Part shown: positions 1 to 10,018 of the stretch, piece by piece | Layout of the letters: each line of letters begins with the position of its first letter | Numbering within the stretch: the stretch's first letter is position 1 | Assembly: GCA_018304025.1 (NCBI GenBank) | Contig: JAGVXA010000004.1 | Span: 9,719-73,718, forward strand | From: Candidatus Pacearchaeota archaeon | GTDB taxonomy: Archaea; Nanobdellota; Nanobdellia; Pacearchaeales; GW2011-AR1 | DNA length: 64,000 nucleotides | Direction of reading: 5' to 3' | Notes under the pieces: generated by a model | Told to the model about the DNA's origin: nothing | Databases searched by the model: none | What the model saw: the letters and a program-made list of their open reading frames with translations, nothing else | Made by a program: the position numbers and the translations under genes

Positions 1-522
1 AAGATAAGTTTTCAAATCTTCTCCTAAATTCGAGGATAAAATAAACAATCTGTCCTTTCCGCCTTTTCCACGCCGAACCCACCCAGTATTTTCCGCGAAA
101 TTCACGTCATCAACTTTCAAATTCACAATTTCGCTGACTCGCAGTCCGGAAGAATAGAGCAAGGAAACAATCAGCCGTGATTTTTCAGCGTCAGAAAAAT
201 CAATAAGTCTTCTGACTTCTTCCTTCGACAAAACTTCCGGCAATTTCCTGTCTTTTTTCGGCAGAGGAATTTTGTCAAATTCCTTGTCTAAAATCTGCTT
301 GAAGAAAAATTTTAGCGACGCCGCAGCCAGCATGATTGTATTTTTCGACTTAGTGTCGAACATTTCTCCCAAATATTTTTTGGCGTCGTCCTGATTCACC
401 TCCGACGGTTTCTTCTCTGCGCTCTGCAAAAATTTCTCGACAAAAAAACTATAGTTCCGAACAGTCAACGGAGAAAACCCGCGAATTCTCAACTCTGTTT
501 TTAATTTTTCTATTTCTTCCAT
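1..522 (-). CDS. xerA: XerA-type tyrosine recombinase/integrase (3' end runs off the window)
   Basis: Manual translation from ATG 522: MEEIEKLKTELRIRGFSPLTVRNY...KLPEVLSKEEV...LLYSSGLRVSE...VRRGKGGKDR. This gives the SAM-like N-domain plus catalytic R and K motifs. Absent from the ORF track because it is truncated. Confidence 0.92.
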   Translation of the reverse strand, partial: MEEIEKLKTELRIRGFSPLTVRNYSFFVEKFLQSAEKKPSEVNQDDAKKYLGEMFDTKSKNTIMLAAASLKFFFKQILDKEFDKIPLPKKDRKLPEVLSKEEVRRLIDFSDAEKSRLIVSLLYSSGLRVSEIVNLKVDDVNFAENTGWVRRGKGGKDRLFILSSNLGEDLKTYL

Positions 523-644
523 AATATCCTCTTTTCTAAAAAAGGATTAAACCGAACTCTTATTTAAATTTTTAGTTACACCAGCCCAACTATCCTTCCC
601 GCGTTTTACGTAAATTATATATACTGCAAGATAATTCTATCTCT

Positions 645-908
645 ATGAACAAAAGAGCTCTTGTTTTAAAACTCCTCTTCATATTTTTAGTAGTAGGAAT
701 AATTTTTCTGTCTTTATCAGCATACATAAAATTTAACAAGAACAACGTTAAAATCACGACAGGCAACATCATAATTACTGTTGATTATAACAATACCGAA
801 AGCAAGAGCGATACAATTTCTCCCCCTTCAAATTTGCCGAATGCAAACCAAACAAATTTCTCTCCAGAAAATTTAACGCGCACAAACCAAACAAATGCAT
901 CTCAATAA
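645..908 (+). CDS. small membrane-anchored protein with N/T/S-rich tail
   Basis: KRA followed by a hydrophobic helix, ITTGNII, several NxT/S sequons; TATA-like ttatatata about 25 nt upstream. Confidence 0.65.
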   Translation: MNKRALVLKLLFIFLVVGIIFLSLSAYIKFNKNNVKITTGNIIITVDYNNTESKSDTISPPSNLPNANQTNFSPENLTRTNQTNASQ

Positions 909-939
909 TCTTTAAATAACTCTCTTGCAAAGAAATACA

Positions 940-1092
940 ATGAAAGAGGAAGATTATAAATTAAAAATAGCACTTATTTCTGGCGCGTCTGAAGCAGCCA
1001 AGTTCAAATCAGAAAACCCCTACGCAACCGACGAAGAAATCATAAAGCACGTCACAGACAACGCAGAAAAAATACTCTCTGAAATTGACTAG
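940..1092 (+). pseudogene. small ~50-aa protein interrupted by one in-frame TAA
   Basis: MKEEEL*LKIALISGASEAAKFKSENPYATDEEIIKHVTDNAEKILSEID*; TAA at 958-960; TATA tttaaata at 911. Confidence 0.65.
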
Positions 1093-1152
1093 CGATTCTA
1101 ATAATTAATTAGCAAGACAAACTTATTTAAAATCCTTTTTCTATTTAAAATA

Positions 1153-2256
1153 ATGCAAAACAAAACCTATATTCTTCTGATTCTTTCTTTCCTGATTCTA
1201 ATCGGAAGTGCAATCGCTTTTTTAATAATAACAGAACCTGAAATTCTCCCTTCCTCCCCGTCAGAAACTATCGAGGAATGCCAAAACCTTGCCTACTCCT
1301 CCCCAAACGCAATCAATCTCGTATTTTTCTCCGAAAAAGCAGACGCCCAAAAATATTCTGATTACATAGCAGGAATAAAACCCTTCGATAAAAATCCTCT
1401 CAACATTTATTACATTCCAACCTACATTCCAAAATGCGAGCTGTATAAAGAAATAGCAGTGCTTTGTTATTCAAAAGAATTAATAAAAAAAGCTTCTTCC
1501 TGCCCCAACGATTATTTGATCGTCTTGAAAGAAGAGCCGTCATCCATAAGGAGCTCAGCTTATATGAATGTTTTAAGCATTAATACTCGGCATCCAAAAT
1601 CCGTTTTCCCCCACGAAATCGCCCACGCGCTGGCAAATTTAGCAGAGGAATACACTCCTGCAAATCTTCCGTCAGGACAAAAAAATTGCGTCTCGTCCTG
1701 CAATAAATTTGAAACAGAAATAAATGCTTGCGAACTCGGCTGCTCAAAGGACTCATACTACCGTTCAATAGACAGGGGAATAATGCGCACGCTCTCGTCA
1801 AATGAATACGGAATCTACGACGAGAATTTAATTCAGGAAAGAATAATTTCACAAGTCTCTTCCTCCCCTATAACAGGAAACGCGATATATGAAAATTGCC
1901 TGGATAAAAATTATTATCTAATCGAAGCAGTTTACATCTCGCAGCAAAATGAAATTCAAGTTCAGTCGCAGACAATAGAGCTCGGTTGTGTCGGAAGCAA
2001 CGGATACGGAAACTTTAATTACACCCTTTACGATAATAACGGCATGCCGTTAGACTCAAAATCTTTCAACGCTGAACTAATTTTCACAGATGCGCCCGGT
2101 GAAATAGAAATAGAAGGTGAAATCTACGAAAACGACGGCCCTTTCATTTTAAAAATCTCGGCAATTCCCGACGTCAAAAAATTAGAAATAAGCCATAAAG
2201 AAAAAATCACAGAAATAAATATGCGGGGAATAGGAGCAAGACCATGCAGAATATAA
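1153..2256 (+). CDS. membrane-anchored/secreted zinc metallopeptidase (M64-like metzincin)
   Basis: N-terminal hydrophobic helix; HEIAHALANLAEEY zinc motif; downstream IMR Met-turn; Cys-rich. Confidence 0.75.
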   Translation: MQNKTYILLILSFLILIGSAIAFLIITEPEILPSSPSETIEECQNLAYSSPNAINLVFFSEKADAQKYSDYIAGIKPFDKNPLNIYYIPTYIPKCELYKEIAVLCYSKELIKKASSCPNDYLIVLKEEPSSIRSSAYMNVLSINTRHPKSVFPHEIAHALANLAEEYTPANLPSGQKNCVSSCNKFETEINACELGCSKDSYYRSIDRGIMRTLSSNEYGIYDENLIQERIISQVSSSPITGNAIYENCLDKNYYLIEAVYISQQNEIQVQSQTIELGCVGSNGYGNFNYTLYDNNGMPLDSKSFNAELIFTDAPGEIEIEGEIYENDGPFILKISAIPDVKKLEISHKEKITEINMRGIGARPCRI

Positions 2257-2696
2257 ATAAAAAAGCAGTTTCAGACCACATAGCAATAGTTTCCGTAGTT
2301 TTGTTAGCGCTAATTTTTGTTTCAGTAATGTCGTATGTATTCAACAAAATAACCGCGGCACCAGAGCTCGCTCCGGCAGTGTCTTGTTTGGAAATGCAGA
2401 CTTCTTTTCCACTCGCAATCCAAAACTCCTGCTTCAATTCGGAGACAAACCAAATAGAAGCAACTCTAAAACGAAAACTCGGCACAGAAATAAATTCCTT
2501 TGACTTTTCGATAACAACTCCGTCAGAAACTTCAGCGTGGCATGCAGGTCCTGGCTGCGAGGGCTGCGAAGTTCTGTCAGAGGGGCAAGTTAAGACATAC
2601 TACATAGAGCAAAATATAAATGCAGGCGAAAACAATAAAATAGGCGTCTTAATTAATAACTGCTTGATACAGACCAAAGAAATTCTGCCTTGTTAA
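2244..2696 (+). CDS. archaeal type IV pilin-like protein
   Basis: KKA|VSDHIAIVSVVLL class III signal followed by a Cys-containing globular domain. Confidence 0.7.
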   Translation: MQNINKKAVSDHIAIVSVVLLALIFVSVMSYVFNKITAAPELAPAVSCLEMQTSFPLAIQNSCFNSETNQIEATLKRKLGTEINSFDFSITTPSETSAWHAGPGCEGCEVLSEGQVKTYYIEQNINAGENNKIGVLINNCLIQTKEILPC

Positions 2697-2749
2697 AATT
2701 TTCTGCAAGCATACAAATAATTAAATAATTCTTTTTCAGAAAATTAAAA

Positions 2750-4318
2750 ATGGAAAGGGTTTTGACAAAAGGAGAGATTGCGCGGCGAAAAGAATCTGCA
2801 GTCCAGGAGATTAAAAAAAATTATCCGCAGTTTGTGGAGCGAAGGAGCCATATCGATTCAGGAATATTTTCAACAGTGCATACGAGAGATGTTCCTGATA
2901 TTGGCATTGAATTTGTTTTATGGGAGGAATTAGAGCGGGAACGCTACTGGCGCGTCTTGCCTCCGCTAAATGAATTAAAGCATCGCGGCAAGCTTGCGAA
3001 ATTTGATGAAGTAGTCCAGCGCGATATCGTCGAGCTAATGGTCGAGCAGGCGATGGAAGGAAAAAGCATAACATCGAGTATTCCTCTCTACTCAGATATC
3101 TGGGCTAAAGTCGGAAACCCCGAGGAAAATCCTCTCGCGCATTTTGTAACAAAAGAAAATAAGCACAGGGCATTAAATGTCGGGTTTTGGGATTGCTTGT
3201 ATAAAGTAACCGACGCGCGGAAAAGCAAAGACGCAGGAAAACAATTTGTAGAGATTTTTTATTATCCCGGTTTCTTTTTCAATTTTGATTATCTGGAGGG
3301 AAGTCGGAGAGCGCCGGACTTGCCGGATATCGACGAGATTCCTTCTTTTGGGATGTGGAAAGATTATACAGGGTGGCTAATTGTGCAGCAGGATGCAATC
3401 AGACAAACTCTGCCTCGCGAAGATGCGATAAGCGCGCTTGGAAAACTTTCCGCTCCGTTGGCATACGGCCTGCTTAAAATTGGCGATTATGACAGAGACG
3501 CAGGATTAAAAAAATTATTCAACGAATTTATTCCCAAAGAAGTTTTGCACACAAAACCAATGCAGCGCGTTTTAGGAATTGCGTTTGAGGACGAGCTGAA
3601 AAATTTATTTTTAGTAGAAAATGGATATTATCTGTCAACAGAAAATCTAAAAAGAACAGAAGAATTGCTAGATGACGCGCCTGACAGGGTCGAAAAAGTT
3701 TGGAATAAAGTTAGGGGCGGTATAGATCTGGGTGGCATCTCTCCAATAGCACGAAAATATATTCCTGCCAGCGAATATAAAACGCGCGTCGATTCTTTAA
3801 CTGCTGAAATGGAAAAAATGGAAAGATTTGATATTGAACTTTTCAATAAATGGATGCAGCCAGAAATACAAAGAGCTGTTTCTCCGTCTACTTTTGGAAG
3901 AGTGCGAAATTCTGCTCTTGAGAATTATGTTTGTCAGGAGCGAAGACCAAAGATAGAAACAGCAAAACAGCTTTTTCGTATGCGCGAGAGATTTGGGGAG
4001 CCAATCGGCGACGAAGTCTGCGCAGCAATTTTTGCAGATTTTCTTTCAAAAAAAAATTATCCTGACGCAAATAATCTTCTTCATTATTACGGCATTCCTT
4101 TCGGAAGAAGCGAAGGCAAAGCAGCTGCGGCGACGCCAAAACACAGGCGCGCATTCATCGGGGGAATTGAATCTTATGTCTCCCGCCATGGGCAAATTCC
4201 TGTTTCGCCGGAAGCACTATGGGAAAAACTTTGTTATCCTCTTTACAATTCAATTCCTGATTTCGTTAAAGATTATAATTCGCTCGTTAAGCCTGTTGAA
4301 AATAAAAAGAGAAAGTAA
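2750..4318 (+). CDS. hypothetical protein (522 aa, cytoplasmic)
   Basis: Long ORF with upstream AT-rich promoter; no motif recognised. Confidence 0.75.
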   Translation: MERVLTKGEIARRKESAVQEIKKNYPQFVERRSHIDSGIFSTVHTRDVPDIGIEFVLWEELERERYWRVLPPLNELKHRGKLAKFDEVVQRDIVELMVEQAMEGKSITSSIPLYSDIWAKVGNPEENPLAHFVTKENKHRALNVGFWDCLYKVTDARKSKDAGKQFVEIFYYPGFFFNFDYLEGSRRAPDLPDIDEIPSFGMWKDYTGWLIVQQDAIRQTLPREDAISALGKLSAPLAYGLLKIGDYDRDAGLKKLFNEFIPKEVLHTKPMQRVLGIAFEDELKNLFLVENGYYLSTENLKRTEELLDDAPDRVEKVWNKVRGGIDLGGISPIARKYIPASEYKTRVDSLTAEMEKMERFDIELFNKWMQPEIQRAVSPSTFGRVRNSALENYVCQERRPKIETAKQLFRMRERFGEPIGDEVCAAIFADFLSKKNYPDANNLLHYYGIPFGRSEGKAAAATPKHRRAFIGGIESYVSRHGQIPVSPEALWEKLCYPLYNSIPDFVKDYNSLVKPVENKKRK

Positions 4319-4341
4319 TTGTTTGATACGAAAATAAAAAT

Positions 4342-4429
4342 TATGCGGGGATCTTCGTTCGCCGCAGCGAGGAGCTTCGCAGTCGGCGTTAGCCAGACGA
4401 GAAAGCCCGCAGCAAGAGCGAATCGAAGA
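4342..4429. repeat. GC-rich palindromic element just downstream of the tRNA
   Basis: Near-terminal inverted repeat tcttcgttcgc...gcgaatcgaaga, internal hairpin gtcggc-gtta-gccagac, flanked by direct repeats aaaataaaaat (4331, 4430). Confidence 0.5.
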
Positions 4430-4439
4430 AAAATAAAAA

Positions 4440-4571
4440 TGCGGGGAGTAGGATTCGAACCCACGAAGGCACTAAGCACACAAGATTTCTCAAGGAAATC
4501 TCATCTTAAATTTTCCCAACGGAAAACCGACTTCTTAAGTCTTGCCCGTTTGACCACTCCGGAATCCCCGC
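4440..4571 (-). tRNA. trnL: tRNA-Leu(TAA) with 47-nt intron at canonical position 37/38 (intron 4487-4533)
   Basis: Reverse complement GCGGGGATTCCGGAGTGGTCAAACGGGCAAGACTTAAG|intron|ATCTTGTGTGCTTAGTGCCTTCGTGGGTTCGAATCCTACTCCCCGCA; long variable arm; no encoded CCA. Confidence 0.93.
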
Positions 4572-4664
4572 ATCGATGCGAGACAAAAATAAAGAACAAA
4601 TTACTCTTTTAAACATTTCCTATCACAACACCTTATTAACTTCAACTATCAAATAAAATATTCG

Positions 4665-4744
4665 GAAATTGCTCTTCGAGCAATTTCTCGATTCTACCAA
4701 ACTAATTATTTCCCCCAAGATTCTACCAAAATAATTATCCCCAA
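4665..4744. repeat. perfect 10-bp hairpin plus ~29-bp tandem duplication
   Basis: gaaattgctc-ttc-gagcaatttc (4665-4687); gattctaccaaa..taattat..cccaa twice (4690, 4719). Confidence 0.6.
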
Positions 4745-4795
4745 CTACAATATTATTTTTATACTTCGCCAATTTCTCCGAATCCTAAAAAGAAA

Positions 4796-5179
4796 ATGAT
4801 TTCATGGTTTGAAAAGAATTCAAAAATTTCTTGGCTGATAACTTTAGCAATCGCAGTAACAATTTTCTACGTCTCTTCTCTGACATTCCTGCCAGGCAAG
4901 CTCGGCGGTTCAAATCTAAAATCAGTATTATATCATTTTTCAGTTTTTTTCGTTCTCGCAATTTTCCTGCTCATCTCTCTAATAAAAAGAAAAAACATAA
5001 AATTTCTGCCGATAGCTTTAGTCATTCTGATTCTTTACGCAATCTCCGACGAGCTCCACCAGGTTTTCGTCCCAGGAAGAGCCTGCGCTCTCGAGGATAT
5101 TTTTACAGACACTGCAGGAATAATCTTCGCGTTCCTGATTTATTCAATTAGAATTATCACAGCCAAAAAATCTAAATAA
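4796..5179 (+). CDS. VanZ family membrane protein
   Basis: YAISDELHQVFVPGRACALEDIFTDTAG signature, 4 TM helices. Confidence 0.9.
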   Translation: MISWFEKNSKISWLITLAIAVTIFYVSSLTFLPGKLGGSNLKSVLYHFSVFFVLAIFLLISLIKRKNIKFLPIALVILILYAISDELHQVFVPGRACALEDIFTDTAGIIFAFLIYSIRIITAKKSK

Positions 5180-5181
5180 TT

Positions 5182-5589
5182 CTATCCATAAAAAAGTCTC
5201 GGACTTGGTCCAGAAGCCTCTGAGCAAACGCGTCTTGCAAACGCCCTCGTATTTCCAACCACTGCGCCCAATTCGTCGGCAACTTTTTCAATCCACCCAA
5301 TTTCTTTGGCAGGCCGAACAACTGCTCCAAAATCATAAGCAAGATTAAATAATTCTCTAATCGCTTCTCTAACTTCCCCGTCGGGTTTTCTTCCGTATGA
5401 ACACTCCGCAAACCTCAGGCAAGATTTCAATTTTATCATTCTAATAACGCATCCTTGTCTATTCTTGCCGCAATAAATTCCGTTGACAATCGCATATTCA
5501 AACGGCGGCGCGAACTCTCTGCTTTTAGAAACTTTTCTCAGTCTTTCAATAACTTTGTCGGTAAAACCTTCTGGTAATTTTTGTTCCAT
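5182..5589 (-). CDS. hypothetical protein
   Basis: ATG with upstream TATA-like tttaa; 135-aa ORF. Confidence 0.6.
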   Translation of the reverse strand: MEQKLPEGFTDKVIERLRKVSKSREFAPPFEYAIVNGIYCGKNRQGCVIRMIKLKSCLRFAECSYGRKPDGEVREAIRELFNLAYDFGAVVRPAKEIGWIEKVADELGAVVGNTRAFARRVCSEASGPSPRLFYG

Positions 5590-5621
5590 AAGTTTAATAT
5601 TAATAGACAGTTAAAATATCT

Positions 5622-6119
5622 TTAGGACATTTCAACTTTGCAAACGTGCCTTTTAGTATCGCAGACGCATTTTCCTCTTCGCCCGCCGCATCGCGAATCT
5701 AAATTAATTTTCAAATCGCAATTAGGAGTATAAATAACTGAGTCACAATCAGGCAGAGTAGTGCAGCTTTCCTCTCCTTCGGCAAACGAACATTCCCGCG
5801 TGGCCTCATCGAGCACATTGTATTCAGTTACGTAATAATTAACATCTGTCTCTTCTCTCACAATTGTTTTATTGCAATTTTCAGTGTACTCAATACTCTC
5901 GCAATAATACTGGTTCGGATATTCGATAAAAGCAACAGGCACGCATTCATTCGGATCATAGCACGTCGCCGGCGCGCAGTTAAAATTAGTTTGGCATTCG
6001 TAAGCGTTATCCGTCGGCTCCCACTGCATCCAAATCATCACAGCAGCAATCACAGCCCCAACCAAAAACATCGCGACAATAACCCATATCGTCACCTGCG
6101 CGCTCTTTTTTATCTTCAT
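5622..6119 (-). CDS. class III signal peptide, Cys-rich pilin-like protein
   Basis: KKSA|QVTIWVIVAMFLVG; many Cys. Confidence 0.75.
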   Translation of the reverse strand: MKIKKSAQVTIWVIVAMFLVGAVIAAVMIWMQWEPTDNAYECQTNFNCAPATCYDPNECVPVAFIEYPNQYYCESIEYTENCNKTIVREETDVNYYVTEYNVLDEATRECSFAEGEESCTTLPDCDSVIYTPNCDLKINLDSRCGGRRGKCVCDTKRHVCKVEMS

Positions 6120-6169
6120 ACACAATAATAAAAAATAATGTTTATATAGTTAATGAAATTTATTGAACG

Positions 6170-6364
6170 ATGCCAAACAGATTAATAAAAAAGAAAAAAG
6201 ATAAAACCCCTTGGGGAGTTTTGGGAGTTATTCTTTTAATCGGAGGAATTACAGCAACAATACCCTTGGCTCTAAAAGGAGGGCAATATCTAATAGGAAT
6301 TTTAATTACTGCTCTTGCAGTAATCACAGGAATACTTTTAATCGCCTGGGCATTCAGCAATTAG
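6170..6364 (+). CDS. small 2-TM membrane protein
   Basis: Basic N-terminus and two hydrophobic helices. Confidence 0.7.
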   Translation: MPNRLIKKKKDKTPWGVLGVILLIGGITATIPLALKGGQYLIGILITALAVITGILLIAWAFSN

Positions 6365-6631
6365 ATGAACCTCAAAATAAAAAAGAATCTTCTTGACTTG
6401 CATTTTCAGAAATATTTAACTTTTCTCTCGTTATCCGTCGTGATATCTTTTACTTATTTGATTGCCGTAGTAATCGCAGTATTAACAGCCCAGATAAAAC
6501 TAGACAGTTTTTTCTCAATGTCAATATTATTTATTTTTTCAACAGCAGTATTAGGCCTATGTTCTTTTTTATTTTTCAAATCTTTGTTTCATTTAAAGAA
6601 CATAATAAACAGTCTCAAGGAATTAAGTTAA
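6365..6631 (+). CDS. small 2-TM membrane protein
   Basis: Abuts the previous stop (TAG-ATG); two TM helices. Confidence 0.7.
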   Translation: MNLKIKKNLLDLHFQKYLTFLSLSVVISFTYLIAVVIAVLTAQIKLDSFFSMSILFIFSTAVLGLCSFLFFKSLFHLKNIINSLKELS

Positions 6632-6815
6632 TTTATCTAAAATCCTATCATTATAAAAAAGTAATGACAGAAATAACCTAATCTGGAATAACCTTTCAAA
6701 TGCAGTATTATTTATATAACAGTCAGAATTACGGTTAACTTATGAAAAAGACGAACCAAGCCAAATTAATAACTTACAATTTATGTTTATCAACTGAAAG
6801 GAGGTTTTACAAATA

Positions 6816-8000
6816 ATGAAGAAAACATTAAGCTTTCTAGTAATGGCTATATTGGCATTATCTGTAATGCCTTCAGTTTTCGCAGTTAGCGTAGGTGGAG
6901 GTATCGGCATAGATATTCAACCAGAGGAGTTCGCTCCTTTAATATGGCAATGCGACTCAAGACTTGTTCTTGAAGACTGCGTTGAAGCAGGAAGAACAAC
7001 TGACTGCAACCAAGACCTTTACGAAAGAATAACAAACTATGCTTTCGAAGGAGAACAAATCGGTTGGGAAATTCTTGTTATGGATAAGAACAAGATTGAA
7101 GAAATCGAGGATGTTGTCGGAACAATCGGCTCAAGCCAAGGAACAGGCAACGATATTGAAGTTGAATGTGACGAAATTGCAACAGAATTTGATGATGGTG
7201 ACAAGCTTCCAGTATCTTGCGAGGCAAGAATTGGCGAAGAGAAATTAACAACTTTTGACTCAGACACAATGGGATTCTATAGATGTCTATTCACTGTTGA
7301 AACACCAGACTCAATGGCTGGAGAATATTTCCTTACAGCAGAAGTAATTTCTGTTGACGGAGAAGCAATAATGGCAGAGAACGAATATTGGTTCTTGAAC
7401 CCTGTGATTGCTTTAACAATAGACGGAGATGTTGAATTCGCAGAAGTTAGACAAGGCTCTGTAGCTTACTCAAATACAATTTTGGTAGGCAATGATGCAG
7501 AAGCTGGCTCAGGCGTTTTGCTTGACATGTTCATTTCAGGAACAGATTTCTACGACTCAGATACATCTGGCGCAATGTGCCCATCTACAAATCACTTGAA
7601 GCTATCTCAAGACTTGAGAAGCCAAGCTAATTTGGGAGCAAAGCTAACTTCTGGTCCATCGCAGAGCACAAAGTGCAATGCAGGAACAGGAGGATTAACT
7701 GGCGTTGACAACAACGACCACTTATGCTACTTTGCAACAAGCGGTGCTTACAGCACAGCAGGTGCACCAAACGCTGATGTAGAAGGTTACAGACCGATTG
7801 TTTACAGCGATGCTTTCACAAGAGATTTCTACAATGATGCAGAAATTATCTGGAACGGTGCTCTTACCGGCGGATACTCCGCAGGAAACACACTAACACC
7901 AGGCAGTGAAATCGCTATGACATTCAAGTTAGGATTACCAGAGCCATGCGTTGGAAACTTTGATTCAGGAGATATATTCTTCTGGGGCGAAGCTATCTAA
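6816..8000 (+). CDS. secreted acidic structural protein (candidate major surface/filament subunit)
   Basis: Sec signal (VFA|VSV), strong RBS gaaaggagg, biased codons, no TM anchor, C-terminal strand GDIFFWGEAI. Confidence 0.8.
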   Translation: MKKTLSFLVMAILALSVMPSVFAVSVGGGIGIDIQPEEFAPLIWQCDSRLVLEDCVEAGRTTDCNQDLYERITNYAFEGEQIGWEILVMDKNKIEEIEDVVGTIGSSQGTGNDIEVECDEIATEFDDGDKLPVSCEARIGEEKLTTFDSDTMGFYRCLFTVETPDSMAGEYFLTAEVISVDGEAIMAENEYWFLNPVIALTIDGDVEFAEVRQGSVAYSNTILVGNDAEAGSGVLLDMFISGTDFYDSDTSGAMCPSTNHLKLSQDLRSQANLGAKLTSGPSQSTKCNAGTGGLTGVDNNDHLCYFATSGAYSTAGAPNADVEGYRPIVYSDAFTRDFYNDAEIIWNGALTGGYSAGNTLTPGSEIAMTFKLGLPEPCVGNFDSGDIFFWGEAI

Positions 8001-8008
8001 TAACCAAA

Positions 8009-8048
8009 ATTTATTTTTTATTTTTCCTTTCCCTTCTTTTTTCGGGAA
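8009..8048 (+). terminator. oligo-T/pyrimidine terminator after the 6816 gene
   Basis: tttattttttatttttcctttcccttctttttt immediately after the stop codon. Confidence 0.55.
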
Positions 8049-8195
8049 AACAGAACGAGGTGAATTCTAGAGGCGACAGGCGAGTCCTGTAAAACTCAAA
8101 ATAGAAAGACAAAAACCAAAATGAAACAAAACAAAAAAACCATAGCGAAAGAAGATAGAAATAATTTAAAAGCCAGCTCATATCTCGTAAACAAA

Positions 8196-9875
8196 ATGAA
8201 ACCAACAAGATTCTTCTTCGCATTAATTATCTCCCTCTCAATTTTATTAACTCTCTCCCTAGTCAGCGCAAATCTTCTCTACTGTCTTAGCGACGGAGAA
8301 AAGCTCCCCCCGAATTGCGTCGGAAGCGCCTGCAAATACACTTGTGATTTACATTCAGGACAGGGATTCTGCCAGATTTGCACAACTAACTTAGGAACAC
8401 CGGGAGTAGACCCATTATCTTGCGGCGATAAAACCTGCAGTTTTCTCGACGGTAGTGCTGGCGGCGGAAGCGTAGATCCAAACCCTCCAACTCTAGTAAT
8501 AAACACTCCTTCAAACGGAGAAACATACGATTCAGGCAGAGTAATATTTGACTTGTCAGTAGACTCTGCGTCGAGAATAGAATATCGCTCTTTAACAGAC
8601 ACAAGCTGGCACAAACTCTGCGACGGCTGCACAAAGTACAACAGGCACGTCTCTGTTGAAGAAGGGCAAAACCAAATAATAATCAAGGCAACAAAATTCA
8701 GCAACAATATGGAAACTGAAAAAACAATCACATTCAACGTGGACTCAAAAGTGCCCGAGTGCAAGTCCTCAACTCCCCTAAATAATCAATACTCCAACGG
8801 CAAATTCACAGTTGAATACTCCGAAGCAAATTTAGACAAGGTAGAATTATATTACATGGGCCAAGCAGACACCAGCTACAAAAAAGTTTTGTTAACCTGT
8901 CTCCCCGGAGAAGACCAAACTTGCTCAGCAAATGTTAATTTAGACCAATATAAAAATTCCCAGGTGTTGTATTACTTCAATGTCTGCGACAAAGCATCCT
9001 GCGACTCCTGCAAGAGCCAGATAGTAAAAGTAACTTCAAACACACCGCCAGTTTTAACTGTCGCCCCGATTCCATCTCTCAGCACAGACAAGAAAATTCT
9101 TTTGGACATTCAAGCAGACAAATTAGTTTCAATGTATTACATAGACAATTCAGACATAGAACAAAAACCTAAAACTCTCTGCAAAAACTGCAATTCCTAC
9201 AACAAGTTAAGAAGTTTTAACGACGGAGAATGGGACATCACAATTTACGCAGAAGATGAAAACCAAAAGCAGGCAGTTCCTTTCAACGCAAAATTCTTCG
9301 TCGACACAAAAATTCCGATAATCCAGAAAACATATCCTAAGAACAACGAACTGACAAACGGATTATTCACAGCAGTATTCAAGGAGCAAAATCCAGAATC
9401 TCTAGTCTTGCGTTATGGCGAAGATAAATTCCCAGTCGACATTTCCAAATGCACCGAATTCAAGAAGAAATATACTTGTGACGTAGACATTTCAACAAAT
9501 GTAAAAAAATACGACGGCGAAATGATATCTTACTGGTTTGAATTAACAGACAAAGCAGGCAATGAAGCAAAATGGAAAACAATTCCGACAACAATCGACA
9601 CCACTCCCCCTGTCTTGAACGAATTAATAAAAGAGCAGGACGAAAAGAAAGTTGAATTCGCTTTGGACATAACAGAATTAAACTTCGACGAAGTTCTTTA
9701 TATTATAGACCAAGAATCAGATTCAAAAGCAAAATGGAAACCCCTGTGCACAAAACTCAAAGGAGAATTATGCATTAAAACAATAACATTCAGGGAAGGA
9801 ACGCACAAAGTTGACTTCCAGATTTTTGACAAAGCAGGTAATTCAATAGGAACGCAGGAAACAATAACAGTTTAA
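8196..9875 (+). CDS. secreted multi-Ig-like-domain surface protein
   Basis: Signal peptide MKPTRFFFALII (TATA tttaaaa at 8165); repeated DxxxP, W..LC..C..Y and DKAGN motifs. Confidence 0.8.
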   Translation: MKPTRFFFALIISLSILLTLSLVSANLLYCLSDGEKLPPNCVGSACKYTCDLHSGQGFCQICTTNLGTPGVDPLSCGDKTCSFLDGSAGGGSVDPNPPTLVINTPSNGETYDSGRVIFDLSVDSASRIEYRSLTDTSWHKLCDGCTKYNRHVSVEEGQNQIIIKATKFSNNMETEKTITFNVDSKVPECKSSTPLNNQYSNGKFTVEYSEANLDKVELYYMGQADTSYKKVLLTCLPGEDQTCSANVNLDQYKNSQVLYYFNVCDKASCDSCKSQIVKVTSNTPPVLTVAPIPSLSTDKKILLDIQADKLVSMYYIDNSDIEQKPKTLCKNCNSYNKLRSFNDGEWDITIYAEDENQKQAVPFNAKFFVDTKIPIIQKTYPKNNELTNGLFTAVFKEQNPESLVLRYGEDKFPVDISKCTEFKKKYTCDVDISTNVKKYDGEMISYWFELTDKAGNEAKWKTIPTTIDTTPPVLNELIKEQDEKKVEFALDITELNFDEVLYIIDQESDSKAKWKPLCTKLKGELCIKTITFREGTHKVDFQIFDKAGNSIGTQETITV

Positions 9876-10018
9876 TTTTTGTAATTATTTCATTTTATCT
9901 TCATCAATTATCTTTCAGTCATTAAAACAGAATCCCAAAGTATGATTTTACCAAGATAATTATCCCTCTTCCAATACACAACCAAATAACTTTTAAACTT
10001 CCTTATCTAAAAAAATAA

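Noticed and set aside
940..1092. Stop-codon reassignment
   Set aside because: Single in-frame TAA; TAA, TAG and TGA all terminate well-recognised genes elsewhere in the window
1..4571. Integrated element between the xerA-like integrase and tRNA-Leu
   Set aside because: The only tRNA 3'-end copy seen is 8 bp long and about 95 nt from the tRNA; the recombinase looks like housekeeping XerA and the intervening genes are not viral or plasmid-like
4273..4612. ORFs 4273-4479 and 4319-4612
   Set aside because: They overlap the tRNA and the palindrome; spurious
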